From Yuukianura sp. NJ FZ-2021 (taxonomy: Eukaryota), in assembly GCA_046563655.1 (NCBI GenBank), contig CM102289.1, positions 2,666,001 through 2,730,000 of the forward strand: DNA of 64,000 nt, read 5' to 3'. The position numbers were made by a program, and so were the translations under genes. Positions within the stretch are counted from its first letter, which is position 1, and every line of letters begins with the position of its first letter. This document shows positions 12,009-23,461 of this stretch, in pieces. Below the pieces are notes generated by a model. The model searched no databases. It saw only the letters and a program-made list of their open reading frames with translations, and had not been told where the DNA came from.

Positions 12009-15000
12009 ATGAATCGGAGTTTGTGTCTAAGAGGAGGGATTCGATTAATCCTGTTCGTTCTGGCAGTTGGTTTTATTCCAACTCGGATCGAAGGGAATGC
12101 CGACGCAAAGAAATTGTACAACGACCTCCTCAGCAACTACAACAAACTTATCCGACCTGTGGGCAACAACTCCGATCGACTCACAGTCCGCATCGGTCTC
12201 AAGCTATCACAACTCATTGACGTCGTAAGTCAACTTTACACGCCTCTTTTACTTCTAGAGTAACAAAAACTTAACGTAAACCGGGGTATTTCAATCATTT
12301 CCTTCAAGGTTTCTTGACAACCAAATTGTATTTTCCATAACATGTTGTCCAATAACTCAGGATTTCCAATAACCTTACTTCAAACAAATTTCTGCACCAA
12401 TTCCTATTACATTACATACAAATCATTACTTAAACAAAGGCACAGCGAAGCAAATTTTGCAAATTATTTAACAAAATTAAAAACGTCGAGTTATTGGACA
12501 ACCTGGTGTAGAGGAAGCTTTTCATTTGTTTACGAACCTTGATTTCCGTGACTCAATCTCAACAATTCTTGTCCCGTTAACAAATTTTGTTCTAGAAACT
12601 CCAAAATTTTAAGGCGGCCAGGCTTCTCCAACCATAGCCTTATACGAACTTATACGAAAGCACATAGTAGATACCGATTTGCCGAAACAAAGCAAATCGA
12701 AACTCAGTTCGTGAAAAAAACCGAACTTAACGTCTGGATTCTCGGAAGCAAAACCCATTAGATTTGAAGTCGGGCTCTATTTTCTGGTATCCAATCAGAA
12801 TCGAGATTTGCTAAATCCTCGACCTCATGTTCAGGGTATAAGGTTAGTCATAAGGAGCAATAGGTTAGGTTAACTTTTTTTGTGCATGACCAGGGTAGGT
12901 TTCATCAGCAGAGCAGCTTTGGCGTCAGAGACAAAAGACTTGGTGTAAATAGGATTGGCGGAGAAAGTTGACTTTCTTCTGGTTTCTCCCTTTGCTTGTC
13001 TCCGCAAACGCATGAATTATGACCAAACTTCTTTTTTTCTGTGCCTGCAATAACTCTTGAGGAGTCATGAGAATAATACTAAAAGGAAGGATACTTTTAT
13101 GTCTCGTAGCAAGACGTGCCAAGGATCTTCTGGAATTTTTTCTAGTGTCTTGAAAGAGGATACACTCTAGAAAGTTTTTTTTTTAGAAAATGGAAGATAC
13201 AATCTTCTTTTTTCTGTCCAGAACAACAGAAGGAGTGGGCGTCTTGGAATAATAAAAGCTTAGGATACCATCAATAAAAGATGCGTTCACAAAAATAACA
13301 AAAGCTTTTGACTCTAGACGCAAACGAAAAAAAAAACAGGATCCTGTTCATACTGAGAAACTGCAATAAAAGTTTAGAATAAAATTTCAAAATGAAATTT
13401 TGTAATGAAATTTCAAAATAAAGTTTATGAGCTCCAGAGTCCGAAGTATAATTGCAAAGTTTCAATTGAAAAAGTTTTGGGCACGGAGTGAAAGTATAAT
13501 CGGAAATGGAACTTTCTCCGTGCAGTTTCCAAAAATTAAATTTAACTAGAAATTTAAAAAGTTGCGCAATTTTTACTTCCGCTTTGCCCAACCACCGGTT
13601 TATCGCACTAACCATTTTTGAAGATTTAGTTCCAAGATGGCTGGAAGGAGAAAGTGACTACCCAAGTTTTGAATGGGAAAAGTTTTGGCGCCATTTTTTA
13701 AATGACATCAAGTGAAAATGCTATTACACTTAACAACATGCGTCTAGATAACGAATGTTAAATCTTTCCTTTCTCCAATTACTGTCACTTGAATTAAAAT
13801 TTATAACGTACCGTGATTTTAACGTGTTTGCACATTTTCAAAAAAAAAATCCAAATAAAAAAAAATCTGCAAACTCGAGATAGCAAATGAAATTTCAGAC
13901 GAACTTTGAATTAGCGGCGTATCAGTTAAACTGTTAGAACTAAACCTTTTGCATTAAACAATCTAAATTCTTTTTGAACTGTAATTTGAAATTTTGAGCT
14001 AATTGATGAAAGTTTAGGAATTTTGGGCGGTTCAAAGAAAACTTGAAGCTAAGGAGCGAAGTTTCTATTGATAAAGTTGACGAGAAAAGTGATCTGACGC
14101 AGCAGCGATCGATTGCGCCCTGGGAGCCTTAGACTTTCTTGCAACCTGTACCAAACGGCGTTTGAAATGATTCATTAATGTCATGTGACTGGAGGCTCTT
14201 TAATGTATCTCTAATTAATGTCTTTTCGGGTCCTTGCAGAATCTCAAGAGTCAGATCATGACTACGAATATGTGGTTGGAGCAGGTAAGTGTCACAAAGC
14301 TACTTTTGGGTTCCTTGGTATTCTGTATCATGCGTTTTCCGGTTTCCTTTGATGTCGTGACCTCTGTGACCACGCAGGAGTGGAGCGACTACAAGTTGAC
14401 GTGGAATCCAGATGACCATGGTGGTGTAGAGACACTTCACGTTCCCTCGGAACACATTTGGCTTCCTGATATCGTCCTCTACAACAAGTAAAGAGCCACA
14501 GTTTTCACTTTTTCAAAAAAACAAAAAAAAAAACACGTTTTTTTTTTAAAAAAAAAAAAAGAGAACATTTACAGCTGCTTCTACCATAACGCTCTCGTTC
14601 CAGGCATTTCCTAGAAAAAGAATTTCGAATTCAAAAATTCGTGGAATTCAATTTTTCAAAATGTAAAGCTTCAGTCATTTCTTTTAAAAAACCTGCGCTA
14701 TAGAGTAAACATGGATCTGCGCATGTAGTTTAGTGAAATCCGAAACAGTATTTTTTTAGTATCCAGTGCGGTCCAGTGCCAAACAGACTGAATAAATCAT
14801 GGAGATGTACGCACCAGCCGAAATCGAATTCAGGATTTCTGAATTGTAAAGATGATGAATGAGTTTTCTCTTTACGCTAGACTTGAACAATGTTTTCAAA
14901 AAATATTTTTCCAGAAAAAGTGCTAGATGGATGTTATTGGTGTCTCGATGCGAGTGAAGTGTGTGCTGGTATAGGTTTTGGAAGACAATGAAAGATTGAT

Positions 15001-18000
15001 TTGACAGGAAAAGTTGAACGAAAGTATACGGATTCCGCCACTTTCTGTCAATACTCATCGAAATGGTTGCGCGTCTGATTTTTGGTTTTGAAATTTTGAT
15101 TTCACAATTTTTTTAGTAGCATGACCTTTCATCTCATCTAACACAGTAAACTAAAACAAATGTCAAGCAGAAATTTTCTTAGGGTTAGAAGACGACCTAA
15201 TGGAAATTATTCTTTTTTTAAAAAAAGCGAAAGCACGAACAGCCAGAAGGGGTAAAAAAAGTTTTCCTTTTAAGGCTATTTCCGCTGCGTCTTTTTCGTT
15301 TTTACGCTGGAAGATTTTGCACAAAGCAAATTTATTCTGAACGCCCGAGAGACTCTTTTCGTCGCGTCGCCTTTTAAGTGTCTTCGTCTCCCTTTTGAAC
15401 TAACTTAAAAAAACTTAATACAAAATTTTATTTTTTTGAAAAAATAAAGCACAAATCACAAAATTCGGTGGTGACTCTCAGATTCACAAATCACATTTTT
15501 TTTTGTTTAAAAATTGCACTTTCTGTAATCAAATGTGATTTAGAATGTAATTTTTAGTTAATATTATAAAAAAATAAGGTTAGGTGAAAGTTAGGTTTTA
15601 AAAAAGTTTTAAAATATTTGAGTTTGGATCTTGTCTGTAAAGAATGATGCAGAACATGCAGGTAGAACGTAGTGAGGCATGAAAGCAGTTGTATAGAACG
15701 ATGTTATTTTGAAATCCCCACAGGAAAGCAAATTTTCCAAGAGTCTTTCCACCATTGAATGGGTAATGTTAGGTGTAGGTTATGCGAGGTATATGTTAGA
15801 CTGCAGTTGAGCCTCTCTACTAAGGTTATTTCCAGAAAAACTTTGTATGCGATCAACATACATAATTCATAAGGAGCGAGGCTGAATTGGGAAGCGAAGT
15901 AACCTTGCGAGGAGGAGCTCTTTCTTTTCCAGTGTTGGCAATCACCCCACCCCACCCCATTTTCCCCACCCCGCGAAAAATGGGGAAAATGGGGTTTAAA
16001 ATGGTACAACTGGGGAGGGGAAATTGGGGTTTTCAATTATATGCTTAAAATGCATATGATTACGGAGGGGATTCAACGACTTTCACTACGAATAATCTTT
16101 ATTGGCAGGTGAAAGTCACTTTCTCGTTGTACATTGCATTAAAAATCTAAATTTATCCCAGCCCCCTGCGTTCAGCCCCCTTAGCAACCAACGCCAGCTT
16201 TTGTTTGTGACGTCACTCGTTGAAAAATACCGGAATTCGGGGAATAATGATGGTATCCCATAGAAACCCATATATTGTTTGATGTGTAGATACGCGCCTC
16301 GGATAATAAGCTTACGATTACGGTATTTTTCAACGAGTGACGTCATAAAAAAATGCCGTGGTAACCTAACAAATTTTCTGTTCGCACTACCTGTAGTATT
16401 CTATTTACCTTGAATTTATCCCTAAAAATTTTTTTTCGCACATTTATTTGTAAAGTTCGTCTTTTCTCTGTGCAATTGGTAAAGTCAATTGCTTTGTCAC
16501 TCTTATGGGAATTTTCACTTTTGAAAACACAACCGCCATGATGCTTACATGGCGTTTTTCGAAACGTTAAAAACAGTAATGTCAATTGCCTATAAGGCGA
16601 TTGGAACAGCCGGACTAAACAGAGAAAAATGAACAAGAAATAATAAAACTATGAAGAGTTTTTCAAAAGATTGAAAAAAATATAACTATTTTCTTAAAAA
16701 TATTTTTTTTTACGTTTAAATACTGTCTTCTATTTTTTTAAAGGTATTTTTAATTTTCAAATAACGATTTTGAGGAAACAAAAATTTAGATTTGAAAATA
16801 TAAAATGTGTCCGGCTGTAAGGAAAAGAGTTTTAGATAAAAGAAAATAAAAAAAAGTATACGAGTTTATGTTGGCGCTTGCGCTTTAAGTACTCCGTACG
16901 AGAAAACCCCAATTTCCCCAATAAACCCCATAAACCCCGGGGTTTTTAATATTTCGCGGGGAAAACAGATTCTCGTTTGAATTCCCCGGGGTTTTGCCAA
17001 CACTGTTCTTTTCCAAATTGAATTTCATTGAGGTTTTAATTCAACGGAGCGGCAGGGTATTACGTTAGGTTGTTCCACTTGGTTGTTCTGCACGTCCAGG
17101 CCCTCAGGTTGTCTTCTAATGGAAATATACTCCGGTTTTCAAATGTTTTATTTTCTTTTGTTTCAGTGCGGATGGAAACTACGAAGTGACGATAATGACT
17201 AAAGCCTTGCTCAATTACACGGGAATTGTCCGTTGGAAACCGCCTGCAATTTACAAATCCTACTGGTACAATTAAAAATTCAAATCCATTACGGTAGACA
17301 CGCTTTGGCAAAAGAACAAACGACTTTCTTTTCTTTGTTTTTAGTGAAATTGACGTCGAGTACTTTCCATTTGACTACCAGACATGCACTATGAAATTTG
17401 GTTCTTGGACCTACGATGGTTACACGGTAAGCCAATATTAAAATCCAAATAATTTTTTTTGAATCATTTCCCTCAGTATCTACGCACAATCTGCGCAGTA
17501 TCTGCGCAGTAGCTGCGCACAATCTGCGCACTGTCTGCGCACCATCTGCGCACAGTCTGCGCACCATCTGCGCAGTATCTGCTCAGTATCTGGGCACTTT
17601 ATTGATATTATTATGTATATATAATTATAATTATATAAGTTATTATTATTTATATAATATAATTCGTACTCATTTATATAGTTCATTCATACAAACACGA
17701 CAAAGTCACCAAACATTTCATATGAATGATTTGATATGCTTGTGTGGAGTATTGTAGTGAGATGTTGATTATTAAACATTTATTTAACATCTTCGCGCAA
17801 GATGAAACTTTTTGTTTTTAGTGTTGTGTAGGATCTTTTATGCATTAAGTTCAGTGAGTATAGTATATTATTCGGCATAAATTTGCAGTAAAACGCGGTT
17901 TGATAACTATTTTATGCGTTTATGCGCAACAGAGTCTAATGTTTATATGGTTAACTGCTTTCTTCCTTCTCCGTTCTTTGCGAAAAAGAGAAAGATCGAC

Positions 18001-21000
18001 CGCGTTCATTGTACTTCGGGATAACAATACCGTGTGGGACTTTTGAAGCAGACAATGCCAAAAGTCTCCAACTTAAAATCAATACTTAAAAAGTCTTCCA
18101 AAGCTAAAATAAGACGCCAAATGTGCGTTTCAACGGAAGTTCACATCCTCCCGTCATTCAACTTCTGAAGTCAAAGTTTTATACAAAGGTTGAAAAGTTG
18201 TATTTGAAGATTCGCCCACATTTGATATCTCCATAGACTTTTCACGTGCTTTCAAAAGTCAAACGCACAAAAGTGGTGAAAGTCATCGCGTGATGGAAGT
18301 CATAAAATTTAAAGTCCATTGCAGGTGTAAACTGCTCACAAACATTCCTCTAACCTATCAAATACACTCGTACATAAAATTTTCCTTGTTTTCATGCTTG
18401 GGAAGTGTAAATTTACTTTTTCTATTGTTTTCATCATTTAGGAACTCATTGGTTGATAGCCACATTAAAACTATGATTAATGCTCTGGTTTTCACGTAAC
18501 ATCACTAATTATGCACACGCAAATATGCATCATTCAAAAATCATTGCATTCAAAACATTTTTATCTCTGCAAAAAATTTCAAAAAAATTTTCTGAATAAG
18601 AAAAATTATCTGATATTTTGGAATTTGGCATAAATGTAGTTAATTCGTGCTGAATTTGTGATAAATATCCAAAATTTTCAGGTTAAGCGAGTTTTTTTAT
18701 CTGACGAGATGCGTTTAAAACAAAAACTTATTAAAGTGGTTTGATTTTAGGTTGATCTGCGTCACATTCAAAATCGTGGTGAAAAGGAGTCTTCGGATGA
18801 TACGGAAATTGGAATTGATTTACAAGATTATTACATTTCAGTTGAGTGGGACATCATGCAAGTCCCGGCTAGAAGATCCGAGAAATATTACAGTAAGCTC
18901 ATTTCCTCAACTCAATTTTAAAATCATTGAGTTTAGTTTCTCCAATGCTTTTTTTGTGTAGTTTTCACTTTTCATAATCAAAGTGACATCTAACGCCAAG
19001 ATATGCTTTATTTTCCACCTGGAGAGTGCAAACTCTTCAATCTTTTCAAATAACAGTTGCATATAAAGCAATAGAAGCGTTGCCTGCGTGTCAGGCTTTT
19101 GAAAAATCCTATTTGTATTTCCATTTTCAATGCATCAATTCAGCACTCAATAAACAAAAAATGGCTTCCGAAAACCATGAGCAAAATTTTTGTAACCTAT
19201 CAAAAATTTTGCCTGCAGCGAACTTTAGTAACTTTGGCCGAAAAAAGTCGTAGCCATACTTATAGCCCCAGGCGTGAGAAAGTGCAAAAAGTAGGTAGAA
19301 TTTTTCAAAATGACTTTAAAAATATTTGACTTGAGTTCAACCTTGAGTGAAAATATTTCACGCTAAAATTTCTCCTTGACCTTGACCTATTTTCTTTTCT
19401 CTGTCAGGTTGCTGTGAGGAACCGTACATCGACATAATTTTTAGCATCATTCTGCGTCGTAAGACGCTCTACTACAACGTCAACCTCATCTTTCCCTGCA
19501 TCGGCATCTCCTTCCTCTCAGTCCTCGTATTCTACCTCCCGTCAGATTCAGGCGAAAAAATGTCACTGTGCATCTCCATTCTGCTGTCCCTGACCGTGTT
19601 CATTCTCCTATTGGCCGAAATCATCCCGCCGACGTCCAAGGCCGTTCCACTCCTCGGCAAGTACTTGCTCTTCACAATGACCCTCATCACCTTCTCCGTC
19701 ATTGTCACAATTTGTATTCTGAATGTCAACTACCGATCTCCCGCAACGCACAAAATGCCCCGCTGGGTCAAGACTGTCTTCATCCAAGTGCTGCCGAAGT
19801 ACCTCTGTCTCAGCCGACCAGCCAAGGATGAAGAGGAGGATGACCTCCCGCAGTCACACGGCCTGCTCGTCACGAGTTCCGCAGGGGGTGGCGCCCCCTT
19901 TGGGAGAACTACGGGCTCCAATCTCCAAATATGTCACATCCATGGACTCAACCATACGAGTGCCGAGGGGGCTACGACGGACTTTGGCCACTACCCGAGT
20001 CTCCCTTCTCCAATTTTTGTTAGCGAAAGTGAGGCAACACTTAGACGAAACTTTGGAGCTCTCACGAAACAAGTTCCACCTGAAATTGAAAAGTCCGCCA
20101 CGCATGCGCGATTCGTTGCTCAACACATGAAGAACAAAGATCGATTTGGAGTGGTAAGTTTTCAAGTTCAAAGTCATGTTTACTCAAATTGGTAGGACGT
20201 CATTTTGCCGAATGAATTACAACAAAGAGAATTTCTCCGAATGAATTTCACCGAAAACAATTACAACGAAGGTTGAATTACCCCCAAGCGAATTACAACG
20301 AAAGTAAATTCCATCGAGTTGAGTTTTTTTTAAATCCAATTTTTACTTCTACTAAAAATTTCCTTTTTTGAGCCACTTTTTGTTTGAATTTGGTTTAAAT
20401 TTGAATTTACTTGAAACTGGAGAAAACATGAAAATCAGTTTGCCAACAAGGAGCCAATTTTGAAATGGTCTTCTTCTTTTGAAGTTTAAAGTGGCTTGAT
20501 TTTTGATCCGGCGACTTGAGACAGTCTCTTATCCTCTGCATGATCTTCGCATGTTAGGTTTGGTTAGAAGTTTGAAATCCTAGGTTGGAGTGGGGTTAGA
20601 TTCGTAGAATCTAGATTTAGTTCCGTTGAGAAAGTCCTCGTTTGGATTGTAAAGAGATTGGATTCCATTGGAAGGGCCTTTGGTTAGTACCTCCATCTTC
20701 CTTAATCCTCCTTTCATCTCCCTTTGTTCTCAATCCATTCAGACTTTCACTGGGGAAAGCAGTTTCTTCTTCCTTCCAAACCAGATCCTCCTCCTTACAC
20801 TTCTCTTGGAATTTCAACCTAGGCTTTCTCCTATACGAGTCTTGTTCTAAAGGTTCCAGGATTTCCAAAAAATAATTCAATAATTTTTCTTACTATCTAG
20901 TTGACAAATCAGGGGATTTTTGGGCGGAAATTGAAACTGGCGTAAAATGAGCTTCCGAAAAAAAAAAGTTGAAAAAGAGAAAGTAAAAGAAAGTAGGCGC

Positions 21001-22351
21001 ACAGGGAGGAAATCAAGTCCTTCCTCTTTCGTATCTTCCTTTTCTTTATGATCTTCCTCTTCCTTACTTCTTTCCTTGAAGAACATAACGTAAAAAAACT
21101 AGAAAAAAATCTAACGTTGGAAAACCTAATATTAAAAAAGAAGGAAAATTTGATAAAGTTTGAAAGGAAAACTCTTGTTGAGTTTTTACTGAAAACTCGG
21201 AGTTGCGGAATTTAATTCTTGTTTACTGAAAACTTTTATTGAAACATCGGCCAAAAAAAAAAGTTTTGTAACAAAAAGGAAAAGAAAAGAGAATTGATAG
21301 TAAAAAAAAAAAAACAAGTCGATTCGCTTGAGCGACTGTAGTTTTGTTAAATGCCTTGTTTTGGAAAAGTTTAAAAAAAAATTTAGAACTAAAATATTTT
21401 TGTTTCCTAACATTTCAGCTTCTTTTTCAAAATTGCCAAATTTTTTTAGATAAACAGTTATCTTTTAAAGTAAATTTTGACATAACTTTACGTAAAGCTA
21501 TGTTGTCCTTGCGAGGGGTATTAAGTTTGTAGGCAAAGTGCTTTTACGAGCTTATACTGTCTCAAAATTTTGAAAATATTTTTAAACTAATCTGAAAACA
21601 TTCCCAAGACAGAATTTTAGAATACTTCGTTCCTGAAAATATCTTTAAAAAAATAGGTACTTTCTCCACTATCCGAAAAAATGCTTGCTCATGCGCTCTA
21701 CGACTTGTCTCATGTTGCAAATGGTTTGTAGATGGGAAAGTACAGGCAAAGCTTAAGGAAAAAGTGAAAGTTTGAGCAAAAGTTGGACAGAATCCAAAAG
21801 TAAAAATTATTGGATGCGATAGGAAAAGCTTTTAATGCTGCCCATTCAGCTTATTTTGGTGGTTGCAACGCTTCAGCGATTTTCCCTCCAAGTTCAATAG
21901 AAATCTAAAAACTTTAATTACACAAAAAAACTAATAAAAAGTGAAAGCTGTGCAATGACCTCTCGTGACCTCTGTAGAAAATCACATCACTAGAAGAGAG
22001 AAGACCCAAGAAGTTTTCGTTCTGATTATTTTCTTCTCTTTACTAAAAGTTGGTGACATTTGTCGCTGTGTAACTTTTGTAGGAAACCACTAACGTCCAC
22101 CCAGCCGCTAAAGTTGTGAAAGTTGGCTAATCGATTTTTGTGTGTCACAGATCGAGGACGACTGGAAGTATGTGGCCATGGTGCTGGACCGTTTATTTTT
22201 ATGGATATTCACAACAGCCTGTGTCGTGGGTACATGCACCATCATTTTGCAAGCTCCAAGCTTGTACGACACTTCCCGCCCCATAGACGTTCAATACTCA
22301 AAGATTGCCAAAGCCAAGATGATGGCCATGGAGCCACCAGAAGAGGACTGA
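12009..22351 (+). CDS. nAChRalpha1: Nicotinic acetylcholine receptor alpha subunit, alpha1-like; 8 coding exons (12009-12224, 14240-14284, 14378-14487, 17167-17265, 17345-17426, 18751-18892, 19408-20153, 22151-22351)
   Basis: Exons splice in frame with GT-AG and include the conserved 45-nt and 110-nt nAChR exons. Motifs: WLPDIVLYN (loop A), Cys-loop [20 protein letters not shown] (loop B), YYSCCEEPY (vicinal Cys, so alpha), GEK-TM2, [17 protein letters not shown] (TM4). The C-terminus [17 protein letters not shown] is alpha1-like. Confidence 0.93.
15930..17005. mobile_element. Non-autonomous hAT-like element in nAChR alpha1 intron 3
   Basis: TIRs CAGTGTTGGCAA / TTGCCAACACTG, a perfect 8-bp TSD TTCTTTTC (15922-15929, 17006-17013), and subterminal CCCC/GGGG motif arrays. 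No transposase ORF. Confidence 0.85.
17475..17596. repeat. 11-bp minisatellite (consensus ~TCTGCGCAGTA / TCTGCGCACAA), about 11 units, intronic
   Basis: Tandem units with a TGCGCA core are directly visible and are followed by a very AT-rich tract. Confidence 0.85.
20185..20320. repeat. Dispersed ~15-bp-period repeat (GAATT...CCGAA/ACGAA) family
   Basis: Repeated CGAATGAATT/AATTACAACGAA units. A related sequence forms an inverted pair at 23941-24110. Confidence 0.6.
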
Positions 22352-23461
22352 AGACAACAAGCGTCAGTGTCACCACAAACGTTCCAAAGTTTTTGCTATT
22401 CAGTCATACAGTTTGCACGGTTAGGATGGTCAACAAGAATTGTTATGTTTACATTTATGCTAACCTTTTTCGACAAAAAAATGTAGACAAGATTGGGCAA
22501 GGTTTTTTGACTTTGATTCTTTTACAGGTTGGGTAATACCTCATGTTATTTCGATTTTCCAGCTTTTCATTTCCGGGCATCAGTCATAACAATACATTCA
22601 ATTTTGTTAAATTGTGCATCAGAATTGGTGCCAATACTTGGTACCAATTTTGTTTTTTTTTTTCTTTTTTTTTTTTTTGCCAACAAGCGAGGTAGTACTC
22701 AACCTGTCAAAGAAAATTAACTTTTCCTTTTCAAAGAACCTTGAGATGGGGTAAGATGTTTACAAAGTTGTACGCTAAAGTTCCTAAGTTGGCGTTAATT
22801 GTTTGGATACTGGACATGGTCCATGTCACGTGACTTGATGCATAAAATAGTTCTGATGTTGAAAATTTTACTGATTCTAGAAATGGACAATAACAAAACT
22901 AACTTCTCCTTCCGTTGTTAAGTTAAAACGTTTTTAAACCTAAGTTGTTGGGTATAAAAAGTTGTCAAAATTCCACACTCCAAAATGTTAAAATGAAGAT
23001 TTGAAAAGCTAATTATAGTTTGTCTATTTTAAGAAGGCGGGTTTGTTTCGTTGATTTTTTCGCTTCCATTGCGACGCTTATGGCAAAACTCAGTTTTTGA
23101 AAAACACTTTCTCCATTAGGTTTGTATACAAAATTTCACAAAATTGATAATTTCTGTGTTAACGGTCCATAAGGCGACTGAAATTTTTTCAAATTTGAAA
23201 ACCGCCTTCTAAAAATAGACAAACTATAAGACTTGAGTTAAACAATTTTTGAAACCGATATTGCTTGTACCACGAAAACGTAGCGCCTTTGAAAATAAAA
23301 GAACATTCCAGCTAAAATACAATTTGCGCTCTTTTAAAACTACTCTAAGAAAAATGTTGAACAATGCCTTTAATCATTGTAATTTTGTTAGCGTCCAATC
23401 CGCAATAGTCAAAAACAAAAATCAGTGAGTAAATTATCAAATTTTAACAAAAAAAAATCAG

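Noticed and set aside
12620..12870. Possible MITE in alpha1 intron 1 (CCTTATAC...GTATAAGG)
   Set aside because: The inverted match is too short and no TSD could be identified.
14756..15058. 100-aa antisense ORF in alpha1 intron 3
   Set aside because: No recognisable domain, and the length is compatible with chance.
17475..17596. CRISPR-like appearance of regular repeats (also 20185-20320)
   Set aside because: There are no unique spacers and no cas genes, and the context is a eukaryotic intron.
17289..17686. Minus-strand ORFs with RRLCAD-like repeats
   Set aside because: They are translations of the 11-bp minisatellite and of the antisense strand of nAChR exon 5.
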